NCBI GenBank assembly: GCA_000182565.2
Contig: KQ257451.1
DNA: 64,000 bases
Strand: one strand, 5' to 3'
From: Spizellomyces punctatus DAOM BR117
Lineage: Eukaryota
The notes under the pieces were generated by a model that was not told the DNA's origin, ran no database searches, and was given only the letters and a program-made list of their open reading frames with translations. This document shows, in pieces, positions 23,549 through 35,511 of the stretch; within the stretch, counting starts at the first letter, position 1; each line of letters starts with the position of its first letter. The position numbers and the translations under genes are program-made.

Positions 23549-24784
23549 ATGGAAAGTTCCCACACGTACACGATCGAGAAGTATTCACGCTTGTATCCTG
23601 GAACGTCAGGTACCGGCGATTCCACCGGATGGGTATTTCTGGCTGACAAGCCTATGGGTGTTACTATTACGGAGAACAATACAGGTGGGGGCATGTTGAG
23701 GGTTTTTGTTATGGTGCCCAAAACGGTGGAGCTGGTAGGTGGAATGATGCATTTGCGAGTACCCGAACGACTACCCAACTGTTGCGCAGGAGATGCATGA
23801 TTTATCAAAAGAACGAATCGAAGCGGCACGGCTGATTGTGTTACAAAAGGATTTAGTCATCTATGTCAAGTACAGTGCGGACAACGTGAGTTCTGAGCAT
23901 CTGATCCGTTGCATCATGTCGTTTAATCAGTGGGTGTCATGTAGGGCGCTATTCGCAGGTTTCAGCTGAAATTTCGGCAAGATACCGATCGAGCGTCATG
24001 TGCGACTGTTCTGTCCCGTTTCGTAGCTGTGAAGTCGATACAACCTACCGCATCCCGGCCGCTGGCCATTCAAACACAAGCTGGGTTATCTGCTGGCATA
24101 TCTGAAATGTCTCCTATTCACCTATCTCCTACCACTTCATGCGAAGTAAGCTATGAACACCCCCGAACTTCTAAACTACATGGATTGCGCTTACCAACGC
24201 CCGTATCCCCGCTGTCGACGGCAACAAATGTCGACACGTCAACTTCAACTGGACGGGCCTTGGATTACTTTAACCAGCCTTCAGCCGTTTGCTCGAATAG
24301 ACCATCTTTGGGATCGACACTGGAGTGTAGCTTGCCTTTGATGTCCACTGTCACCCCGCAGTCATGTTCGAATGATATCCTACATGCGTCCACATCGGGA
24401 TCTCCTGACGCACAGAAAAATCATACATGTATTCCGTCGATTGCGTGCCTCAAGAATGCAAATTCTACCGCTCATAATGAGGCAACTGGGAGCCATGCAT
24501 TGCAGGCTGCGTGTTCGCATTCGAAGGCTTCACCACAGCTGTCTGACATTCCAGTTCAGCAAGGAAAAATAGTTCAGGCGGCTGCAACGGAATATGCTCA
24601 GATAACAAAGACACTGGACAATGTCTTTGGTGAAACTGGAACGATCAATCTAGATTACCTGTCCGATGCCGGTCTATGCTCTCTACTTCGCAAAATTATG
24701 CAGAACAAAGAGTTTCAAACCCTATTAACCCGGATAGATTTTGACGGTCTTAAAGAGGTATTGGACACATATGATAGCCTGTGA
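23549..24784 (+). CDS. REC114: REC114-like meiotic double-strand-break accessory protein
   Basis: Three exons (23549-23734, 23790-23886, 23945-24784). N-terminal PH-like signature YTIEKYSR..W..|..IRRFQLKF..SCATVLSRFVAV, a disordered Ser/Thr linker, and C-terminal helix LSDAGLCSLLRKIMQNKEFQTLLTRID resembling the Mei4-binding motif of Rec114. Confidence 0.72.
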
Positions 24785-25053
24785 TTACTTGTACCTATTG
24801 TTTTTATTTTGCACGCTGAATTAGATAGACGAGTAGTACTTTTAAGTTTAACAGGTTGTTTTTAGATATTCAATGACCAGCAATATAGAATATGGCTTGG
24901 TTTTATTCGGTGGCTTGATCCAGACATTACAATGCTTAGTCACGAGGAAGTATCTTGCTTCCGCGGGGTTTTGGTCGTCGGAGCGAGTGACATTACAGCA
25001 AGACACATCCCACCATCACTGTCCTTATTGCCGGCAGAGGATCCTGAATTACG

Positions 25054-26617
25054 ATGACCTCGAATGACCCAGGACACATTGGTGAGTTTGGTTTCTGTAG
25101 GACAGCAGAACTGTACATGCTGGCTAAGCGATCCTTTTGATTTGCTAGACAACCTCAGCGAAGAGGAAGATGCCGTAAAGTGTTCCTTTCATAATATCCC
25201 ATAACGGGCTCCTATCTACTGAAACAACGCTAACATCCTCATCCGTCAGTACCTCCGCGGATACTGGATGGCTCTTTTTGATGCGATAGCCGAAGCTACC
25301 TCTGACCAAACAGCGGAAACTGGCTCGACAGAGAATGTGCTAAAGAGCCCGCTAATGGAAGAATTTTGGCTGGCATGTGCACACGATCGACCTGATCAAC
25401 TTATGCTCCGCTATCTTCGAGCTCGCAAATGGGATGTTGATAAGGCTGTCGCGATGGTCATGGCTACACTGAATTGGAGGAAGGAATTTGGTGTACGAAA
25501 TGTTCTGGAGGTTGGGGAGAGAGGATTGGATTTGAGTGAGTTGCAGTCTGGTAAAAGCTACTTTCATGGGGTTGATTGCAATGGAAGGCCCTGCTGGTAC
25601 GTTGTCTGAGAACAGTGAGAATGCACCGAAAATGAAACGCTTAACTATCTCGTCCTACAACACATCACCGACCCTGTTTTTTTGGTTCATCGCAGTTATG
25701 TTCATGTACAACTGCACGACAAAAACACAGTTGATCGGGAAAAGACAAAGGCTCTCACCGTTCTGACACTAGAAACCGGACGCTTAGTTCTTGAGCCTCC
25801 GCAGGAAATGGCGACCATCATTTTTGATATGACAAATTTCGGAATGAAAAACATGGTATTTTGCTTATTCATGGATGGAACATTTTTGTACCTTTTTTTG
25901 ATCTATGTCTCCTTTCTCCAGGACTACGATTTTCTAAAGTTCCTATTGACGTGCATGGTGAGTAAACAGCATAACCACTGTCGCTGGAAAATGTATTGAT
26001 GGCCTGGAAACACCACAGCAAGACTATTATCCAGAAAGTCTCGGTGGTGCTCTTGTCGTCAATGCACCGTGGATATTCAATGGTACGTTCCCTGTCACCT
26101 TGGTTGCTGTTGCTCGCTAGCTGATGATTATTTAGGTTGTTGGACAATCATTCGCCCATGGCTGGATCCTGTTGTTGTTTCCAAGGTGCACTTTATCAAA
26201 TCCTCGGAACTCTTTAATTACGTTGATGAAAAGCAGATTCCTGAACGCTTGGGCGGCTCCAGCACAAATTTTGTGTACCTACCTCCGAGCGCTGAAGAGG
26301 AGAAAGAATACCAACGATGGCGTGCGGACAAAGAGGGCAGCGCAGAGGCCTGGACTAAATATCGGGCTGCGGCTGAGCGCTTCGGGGGTTTGACAGCGGC
26401 ATGGGCCCGTGGTGATATGGATAAAGTGACGGATAGAAGAGAGGCAGAGCGGAACTTGAAGGATGCATACTACGCATTGTCACCATATTTGAGGTAGGAG
26501 CGGTTCGCATGACGTTGCAAATTCGACTTTTTCTAAAGCTTTCAACGCGTTCAAAGAACGAAAACTGTATATCATCGACGTGGGGTCATTAATGATCCTG
26601 GTTTTAGTAGACACTAA
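25054..26617 (+). CDS. Sec14/CRAL-TRIO phosphatidylinositol transfer protein, Csr1/Sfh2-like
   Basis: PGHI|DNLS, HDRPDQLMLRYLRARKWDVDKAVAM, GKSYFHGVD, TIIFDMTNFGMKNM, YYPESLG..NAPWIF, WTIIRPWLDPVVVSKVHF, IPERLGG, LSPYLR|TKTVYHRRGVI. Confidence 0.9.
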
Positions 26618-26722
26618 CTGCACATTGGACATTAAACACTTGTAATATTTAAGCGACAAAATTAACCATTACAAAAACACGACACATTATAACTAATTAA
26701 CTAAAAGATAAGCGACCAGCGC

Positions 26723-27725
26723 TTATTGTTCCATATCAGAAGCATCATTAGTGGGTACTACGTCCTGAGGTGGGACTCTGCTATTGCTGGATCCACTGGA
26801 ATTACGGGTCCCTGACGATTTGGCGGTCGAACTTGATGACGGGCGCACCGAAGGGGGACGATCCGCAGTGTCAAACGTTACGCTCCCTGGAGATGCCTTT
26901 ACAGGTGATTGAGGTACGTCTTGACCCAAGACATAAGTTCTGGAGGAGCTGGGCGGAGCTACATTCTCTGGAAGAACATGTGTTTTTTGTCTTGGTTTGG
27001 AAAGCGGGCTAGGTGGTGATGGCGGGGACGTGGCTCGGAGCGATGTATTAATACGTCCCACATGACCCAAGGGAGTGTTGTCGTCATCATCCTCGTCTAC
27101 GGGAGGCTGCTGACTTGCTTTATTTAATCGCTCAAATTCAAAGACAGCATCAAGAGTAGGGCTAGCAGCACCATCTCTCAGGTCACCCATTGTTCGCTCT
27201 GCCATGATGCTCATGGCTTTGCCAAACGCTTCATTCCACTCTTGATATTCAGTAGAGGAAGTTGCAGCGAATCGGTAGTCATACGGTTTCACGTCAATAT
27301 GAACAGCAAAATTACAAGCTGAGCGTAGTTGCGACTCATCCGACATGCCTCGAATGTCGGAAAAGTGAATGAAAGTAGGTGAGCTCGTAGAGTGTTCTGA
27401 TGACATTATAATCAACAAAGGTGTGCCTAAACCCGAAAACGCAGTGAGTATCTGACTCTTTCGTGCGGACCTAAACGTTGAACGACTGGACAAGTTTCCA
27501 CGTACCTCGTACTGCAGCGCACGCAACGTTGCCAAGCCAGGGGACCGTCTTAACTTCCAAGCCTGTTGCGGGGTCCGTCTTGAACACTGCCGCAAAGACC
27601 TCTTGAACATCCTGAACAGAAAGTGGTGCACACAGGACAACATATCTCTTGAGCGGTGGAAGCGCCGACCGCTTCTGCGACAGGACTCCCGCCTTGAGGA
27701 TGCACCGGTGATATGCCGTAACCAT
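26723..27725 (-). CDS. PH-domain protein with Ser/Pro-rich tail
   Basis: ILKAGVLSQK..KRYVVL..|..YRFAATSSTEYQEWNEAF is a typical PH fold (one intron near 27430-27505). May have a further upstream exon. Confidence 0.65.
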
Positions 27726-28111
27726 CGCAATCTTCAACTATATGGGAGTAAGCCCACCACTGAAATCGCAGAAATGCAATGTTCAAGGGTAAAATGAAGA
27801 GTGATCTCTAAAAAATAAAAAGGGAGAACACACACAGCAAAATGCAGCGCAAAGCCTCGAACTCCTGGTCAGTGGCACAGTCACAGTAACAAGTAAATTT
27901 TTGAGGAAAAACTTTCGCGCAACTTTTAAAAGTCAGCAATTTACATGATGAAGAGTTTCGATCATCACATGAACCAAAAAAAACACAATAAAAACAAAAA
28001 CTATTCTGAATTCGGATCATCACATTGCGTTGATGACGAGAGGATGAGCGCTAGCGCTGGAAGGATGGGTTGAATTTACATCGTAAGGAAGATAAAAACC
28101 AGTAGCGATGC

Positions 28112-29211
28112 TCACCTGAGGAGGAATTTAGTGACGTCGTCAGCGTCGGGTGTTGGCATAACACTTGTTGAATGGCCAGTCCCAATTTCGTGTTGTTGTT
28201 GCGGGTAAGGGAGATGAAATCCACATTGATAATTCATAGCTTGATAATTCATAGCCGGCATTTGCGACACGTGCGATAGCTCTACAAAGTTGAGAGCCTT
28301 TGGGTTTCCTGGAGTGCGAGGTAGTGAATCTGCCGGTGTTAACATTGGGAGCTGTTTTTCCACGGCCGTGGGATGCTGCGGAGGCATGACGTTGGTAAAC
28401 TCTGCATCTTGATGAGCAAAGAGCGGTTGGATCTGTTCATAGATGCCATTTTTGATAGCAAAATATTTTGCGTGATCGGCGGGAACCCTGCTTGGCCCGA
28501 GTTTATGCTTTCAGAATGGGCATATGTAAGGTATTCCGCTGACCCGAACCTTACCATGTTCCTTGGAAGCTCGCCGCCCCACCCTGGACTTTTTCGTGCT
28601 CATGCCCATGCCGAAGTTCTTTGGAAAGAATCCTGCTCCGTTGTCCCTTTGGCATGCCAGCCGCTTTGCAAATATCTTTGGAATTATGGGTTATAGTTAG
28701 CAGGTGGAGTTCTGGACTGAGACAATTAATTGCACGACATCTGGCTTACGGGTGAGATTGATCCAACTTTGAATGGAAATTTGGCCCTAATCAGATTACG
28801 GCTGGCCTAATGTCTCGAACAATAGGACTGTACGCAAACCTACCCGTCGCTCTTCCGCCTCATCACAGGTGTGCCATTAACGCATATCTGGAAAGCCTGA
28901 TAATCATTATACCGACTGGTACCCAAGCTTGCTGAGCCGGTCGACATGCGTCTTTTGCGATTCTGGCTGCCGCCGTCAACCGATGACTTAACTGGCAGCC
29001 TTTCATATGGTTTGTTCCGAGATTGGGCGACTTTCAGCCTCTTCATAATCATTTTGTCCGTTGAAAGTTGGAATGACGCGGGCAGCTGAAAGTGCATCCG
29101 GGTATCCTCGGGGCGCACAAAATTTAAGCGTCCTTCAATTGTCTGGCCTCCAAAGGCCTCATTGCACAAGTCAGCAAACTTCTGCACTTGTTGGGCAATG
29201 TCCCCGTCCAT
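28112..29211 (-). CDS. KilA-N/APSES DNA-binding protein of Mbp1/Swi4 type, without ankyrin repeats
   Basis: Four exons, including a 17-nt micro-exon (28750-28766), give VNGTPVMRRKSDG|WINLT|HICKAAGMPKGQRSRILSKE..HEKVQGGAASFQGTW|VPADHAKYFAIKNGIYEQIQPLF, collinear with the Mbp1 DNA-binding domain. Stop follows about 100 aa later. Confidence 0.88.
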
Positions 29212-29887
29212 TTGTAAAGTATGTTGTTATCCAGCTTGTTGATACGTGCTTTGGTTCCGTGGAAAAGATGAAGACGGGACGCTGTTGGAAGTTTTTCAAC
29301 CTATGAGGATATTCAATAGGAGGGGTATCTGTTGAACGCCTCGTTATTTTTTTGGGGGTGTATTGGGGGTTGAAATGCCCTGGGGATGGAAACCCAACAA
29401 GAAAATAGGGGCCTAGTCGAGTAAGGACTAAGGATCTGATGACTAGTACTCATTAGACTATTTTTAGGTGACTAAGCCATCGCAACACCTTGTGCTCACA
29501 GCGGGGGGGCACTTTTGAACACACACACTTTAACTTTTTTTTTTAAGTCCATCCGATCTATTTCTCGCCTGATCTCCAGTTGTCAAATTGCCGTGCGAGG
29601 TTGGATATGTCCTACCCGCTTCACCTTGTCCGTGGAATACGCTCTGTTGCTGTTAGTGAACCACTAGTTGAACCCTACAAGCACGGACAAGCCGTGTATT
29701 CCTCTTGCCCATATCCGTCAGAGGAACAAGTCTTTTGGTAGCGAGCGTTCGGTGGGGTTAAGCTGCCCCCGCCACAGAGGGAGAGGCATCTTCTGTATCC
29801 GCTTGACACAGCTTCTGGTCCTTCAATATCGTCGCTGCTTGGAAATACAAGCCGTTACTACGGGTACGAACGAGAGCAGTCAACACT

Positions 29888-30751
29888 ATGCGAGGAGGCG
29901 GAGCGGAAGGGCCAAGCAGCTCAGAGGTGCCTGAGCGCATACATGTCCCGCCATTGTTCCACCTCTGCGATACCGAAGTTATTTTCAATCTGGTTACCGG
30001 AATGATGAATAGATTGATAGCGCATAATGATCGAATTCCTCTGACTTCAGCAAGCATAACGCGCTTTCACTCTCGTGCTCCACCAGGGTCAGTCTTTTCT
30101 TGCAAAAAAAAGGAGGTCCGGGCAAGACGATGGTCGTCCTAATATCTGCTTTTGTTCAATGCAAATTTCAGGATTAAATTGGAAGATTACCTGCGTCGGA
30201 TTCTCAAGTTTGCAGGACTCGAACCATCAGTTCTCCTCCTCCTTTTAGTTTATATTGACCGTGTGTGCGAGGTACATCGCACTTTTACAATATCCAGTTT
30301 AACTGTACATAGGTGGGTTAACATTGGTGTACGCCCTTCTCTCTGTTTGCGGAAACCTATTCATCTTTGATGTTTCTTGGCTAGATTCGTAATTGCCGCT
30401 GTTGCGGTGGGAAGTAAAGCGACTTCTGACATATATTGCACTAATACATATTATGCGAAGGTGAGAATCAACGTTTACTTTGACATCTCGGCCCATGCTC
30501 ACTTTTGTATTGCTCCTTGTTAGGTGGGCGGCATATCACTTCAAGAGCTGAACATGATGGAATTGGAATTCTGCGGTCTCATTGGGTGGAGACTCTCTTG
30601 TTCAGTTGACATTCTTCAGCGATACTACGTAAATCTTATCCGAACGAGTCAGCTCTATGCGCTAGGCGCAGAAGAAGTGAAGACTCTGACGAATGATATC
30701 AACGTCAGTGAACCAAAGGGGCAAGGGCCGGACCCGAATACTACCGATTGA
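29888..30751 (+). CDS. PHO80: Pho80/PREG-type cyclin (Pho85 cyclin family)
   Basis: LIAHNDRIPLTSASITRFHSRAPPG|IKLEDYLRRI..YIDR..SSLTVHR|FVIAAVAVGSKATSD..CTNTYYAK|VGGISLQELNMMELEF. Confidence 0.85.
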
Positions 30752-30819
30752 TTGCAATGTAACTATTTAACATTAAAATATACAAAGAGGATATCATGGG
30801 CACAAGAAATCCGGATGTA

Positions 30820-33800
30820 CTAGCATCTTTCAAAGACTCTATACAAGTCTGGCAAGTTGGCCAGCTGGACTATAGTGCCATCCCCGGCCATGGCTTGGGG
30901 AGCTACGAAATGTTCCTTTAGAGCGGGGAACACTACGTGTTGCACAACCCAGCGGTAAGCTGCCATAGCCTCGTTCGCTTGCTTACTGCTGTCTCCTTGG
31001 GAACTCTTACTCCTATCAGCCAAGCCAATAACCATGGGGACCGTATGATGATGCCCTTGTTCATCTCCATCATTCCAACCGCTTGATGGCTCGAGCGGTA
31101 TTGAAGGTTCTAGAGCGTAAAGGAGACCTAACTCTCGTGAAAAGCCCTCAAAACAAGGCTTTTCAGCATCCCAATCAACTTCACTCCCGATTCGTAGTAG
31201 GAATAATGGTAATTTGTCCACATTGGGGACATAGCCACGAAGGAGGACGGGCAAGCTGAGGATCTCTCCCGCCTCACTGACATGGAACGAAAAATACTCC
31301 AGCAACATGTCGCGCCGCTCAACCAGTATCTTTCTGCATTCCTTCATGATGGAGACGCGTCAGGAGAGCAAAGTATAGCCGACCACACAAATACACGCCT
31401 CACCTCCGCTATTTCCTCTTTGGACATCATATCATTAGGCCATGCACTGGTGTCCTCAGCTTCAAGAGCGATCATCACAAGATCAAATATGGAAGCTGGT
31501 TGCGAAAGTTGGATAAAGCCGAAATTGGAGAACCCCTGGAGAGCCAATTGATAGAAGAGCTCCTGACTAGAAAGAACGATATATAATGTTGCTCAAGGAG
31601 GAAGGTACAACTTAACGGAACCGCTGTATACCTTAGATTTTGATAGTCGACTAGATATAGCTTGGTTTGATGCTGGATGATGGCGAGCACATCATCGACC
31701 AATCCGACGAATGTATGTTCAGCAAAAACATCTGTCAACCCTACCAAAATGGTGAGAAATGAATGCTAGGTTTAGATATTCCTCCGAATTGATGATGTAC
31801 CTTTATGACACGACTGCCGGACTTCATCTCGCAGTTCCAGTACACTTGTCAATCGTACCTCGACGGTACGCCCCTTATGCGTTATTTTATGGGGCGCAAG
31901 GTTGGATTCGGACATTCTGTCAGGCCGTACATCATTCACATCCCCTTCTTCTTCGTCAACTGATGTGGTAGTTCGCTCCTCGACTGTTGTTATTGTGGAT
32001 ACCTGCGTATCTTGGTTTAGATGATCAACAATCTTGAGTCGCTTCCGGGACGACTCCTCCACCCGCGTTGCCTCTTCTGCATCTTCCGGCTGATAGATTT
32101 CATTTGGGGGTATTGCTGTAGGAGCGGGTAGATGCGTAATAAAGGCATCCAGCGTTCTTGTGCGGCTGTCCGTTCGTACGAGTTTATGCTCCGGGGCTTT
32201 TGCTATACATCGCGAAACTTTATCATTGAGAAAGAGAGTAGGCAAATGGGAGATGCGATCAGCCTTAACATACTTGATTTATTGCTCCCAGGACCAGGGG
32301 TCGATACGGGCGGTGCGCCGGGAAGGAAAGTCTATTATTGGTACAATAAAAAGGCATTATGTATTCCGTTTTGTGTCACACATGAGGAAAAGGATAAAAA
32401 CCTGTGTATAAAACGTGCGAGATTGATTTGCGTCTGCCAATCGGGACTGTAACACTTCGCACACGGTCTGAATGATCTTGTCTTCATTCAAAAAATGGAC
32501 CTATTATTTTGACGATTAAACCACTTTCTTGTAGTTAGAACGCTTCGTATGCGAAGAACGTGCCTCACGCTTGGTTGGATGCACATTAACATCCACGTTT
32601 TCCGGCTTGATCTCCAGGCTGAGATAGACAAAGGGGTGTGTGCCTCTCGGCAGATATTCGGTATATACGGCTTCCACAGCACGCTTTAGATTTGAGCTGT
32701 CGACGGATCTGTCTGATTAATGTAGGCAAGAGGATCAGGTTCCCATTCTCTAAATACTGAGCACATTGAGGCGTTTGAACTTACGATTTATGAACAACAA
32801 AAAAATCATTTTTTTGGTGCTAAAGTTGGCATTGGACACAAGCCCCTCAAGCTTGAAGTCCCACCGGGAATCAGTGTGCTCCATTTCTAGCAGCTCCTTG
32901 GCGATGGTGGCACCAAACACGTAGCGTATATTATCCAAAGTCTTCGCCGAAGATGGGGTGTGTATGTCCGCCGTATTAGCCCCTTGCTAGTTATATGTAG
33001 ACTTAGTTGCCTGCTAAACGATACTCAATGCATGCCCCTACAAATATTACCTTTTTACAAGTAAAACTGACGCGACTGTTATGTATCGCGTATTTGTGAA
33101 CGATATCCAGTATTCGGTTATACTCGTCACTGGAGCTCTTCAGTGCCTTTCGCCGCGTAGGTACGTTATAAAAGAGGTCTTCTACCTTACCAAGAAAGGA
33201 CGTTGTGAGAAATTCACCATCCCATGATGAGCCCTCTACTTCAAGCAGCATGACTGTACCACTATCTGGGTGCCTTGATTGCCAGCGCACGGTTTTGGAT
33301 CAGCACTGGTACCTGGTTTGCCCGGTACAAGTTTCCCATCTGAATAGAAAGCTCTGGAGATGAAATCAATTAGTGCTTGCTAAACGATACGCACGCCTCC
33401 CGCGTAGGGTAATCACACACATCCACATACCGCCATGCGCAAGGTGAGTCATTCGTTTTGGTAGTTACAGTGACATGGGCAACATGGCTGATACTTGCAA
33501 GTGCCTCGCCACGGAACCCGTACGTCGCAATGTTGCTGAGATCTTCATAGCATTCCAATTTAGATGTAGCAAAACGTTCGCACACCATAGGCAGATCTTC
33601 TTTGTGTATTCCAACACCATTATCCTGAATCTTTAATAGGAGTTCATTCAGGAGTTGCTTTAAGGATTTTCTATGGTCAGTGTAACATACTTGCAAAAGT
33701 TTCAGCCCTCCGTCCTTCACCGTGATTTGAATAGACGTCGCTTGAGCATCCAGAGAGTTTTCAATCATTTCCTTTAAAGCATTCGAAGGTCTATGAATGA

Positions 33801-33986
33801 TCTATGAGTGGTCACACGCTGCACCGTTAGCGTTCAATCCACAGGCAAGATACGCCGCTCTATCGACAATGTCAACACACTACGCCCCAAGCGTACCTCT
33901 CCAGCAGCTATCCGATTTACTACGTTTTCGTCCAAGCGCTTGATGTGCGCTACGGGGTATACGGCTCGGTCGTCATTTCTCGCCAT
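30820..33986 (-). CDS. MLH1: DNA mismatch repair protein MutL homolog 1
   Basis: [70 protein letters not shown] and the diagnostic C-terminus [11 protein letters not shown]. Confidence 0.97.
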
Positions 33987-34299
33987 TATCGGAAATGCAT
34001 TAGGCTTCACAGTGATCTGCAAATGACATTGGTTGACTCATGTATCAATCGAAATGGGTATTACATAATCATAACCCAAGGGCCGAACCTCTCTACGGCC
34101 AACCCGTCGGGTGTCAACAAACCATGTAATCTTGAGTGTATTTATCCGTGGATTTTGGTTGCAGAACGTCCTTAAAAGTGCTTTTTGCGTCCCCCATTCC
34201 AGTTAGATTCCTGCATATCTCGTCCTTTTGCGCAGAGCCTCTCTTTACCGTCTGTCATCTTTCTTGTGCGGGGATCGAATTTCTAGAAACTCTCCAGCC

Positions 34300-35202
34300 A
34301 TGGGTCATTCAGAATCCAAGGTTCAGGTTGCAGAAGATACTGAAGAAATTCGGGATCTAAGTAATAGCTCTCACTGTAAGTGGCCTTCTCGTTTTACTGC
34401 AGAACCAGTAGTTGACGCACCACCCTACGCAGTTACGCACAACGAGATACGGAAGCTTCAAACAGAGTTTGAGAAACTCGCGGATGAAAACCATACCATT
34501 AATAAGAACGACTTCAAAAGAGTATGCAAGGTTTTGGCCAACACAATGGATGTCAAAAATTTGACCACGCTTCAACTATCTGTAGACTCTAGAACAACAT
34601 GTCAGCTGCTGGTCGGCCGGCGCACAATACCTTTTCCTTGAACGATTATTTAATGCTTTCGATTTGGATGGTAATGAACGTATCGACTTCCGCGAGTTCA
34701 TTCAGGGCCTGAGTGTGTTTATGAAGGGGACGCCGGAAGAGAAGATGGAATGTATGGACCTGTTGTACGACTGTCCACAGGAAATTGTCTTCAAATATTA
34801 ATAGACTTTCTTGCAGTGTCATTTCGACTATATGATATGGATAAAAGCGGATCAATAGAACCTCGAGAGCTGATAAAAATAATGAGTCAGATGGTGGGTC
34901 GACAACCTTAAGGCAAACGTCGCTATTACTGTCATCTCATATTCTTTTCACAGTATTCTGCTTTCTACAACGAAGATCAGTCACAGAAGATAAAAGAGCT
35001 TGTACATCAGATCTTCGAGGATTTGGATATCAATGGTGATGGTTCTCTGGTAAGGGAATCTTTGAATCATATATCCTATTTCATGACCTTATAATGACCT
35101 GCTTCATATCAGTCTCTCAAAGAGTACAAATTAATGGCACTGAAAGAGCCAATGATGATCGATTTTATTGAACAATTTCTTATCGTGCCACCGCCAAAAT
35201 AG
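34300..35202 (+). CDS. Myristoylated EF-hand calcium sensor (NCS / calcineurin-B-like / calaxin-like)
   Basis: MGHSES N-myristoylation motif; EF loops DLDGNERIDFRE, DMDKSGSIEPRE and DINGDGSL|SLKE; GLSVFMKGTPEEKME; six exons. Confidence 0.85.
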
Positions 35203-35511
35203 CTGTCATTCTTTGGATGGGCCGTTGTGCGCTTTTGCAGGGCCGGAGGAGAGACTAGGGAGTATCTCAGTGACATTGACCTACATGTCTTTCGGTTGGA
35301 GGTTTCTGTTACCTATTCCCTAGAGTTTCTGTAATGTATCAATCTTTATACCCGATGGCCCGGTTTTACTGACTGAGGGTGTCAAATGTGTGCATACCGG
35401 TCTTTCCGCAGAACGGTCGATTCTTTGTGAATATTTGTTTCACAAGGAGGAACATCCTCAATGAAGATATGGCCGCGCTTGCAGATAAGCTGAAGAGCCG
35501 CTTGTCCAGCG

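Noticed and set aside
26723..27730. The 335-aa ORF as a single-exon gene
   Set aside because: Its first roughly 100 codons appear to be the wrong frame; the PH-domain N-terminus is in the overlapping 27471-27737 frame and joins through an intron.
27790..28110. A/T-rich tract as a mobile element or centromere-like element
   Set aside because: No terminal repeats or target-site duplication; consistent with UTR, intron or promoter sequence between two tandem genes.
23549..33986. A meiotic gene cluster (REC114 plus MLH1)
   Set aside because: They are separated by four unrelated genes, and MLH1 is a general mismatch-repair gene; the proximity is likely chance.
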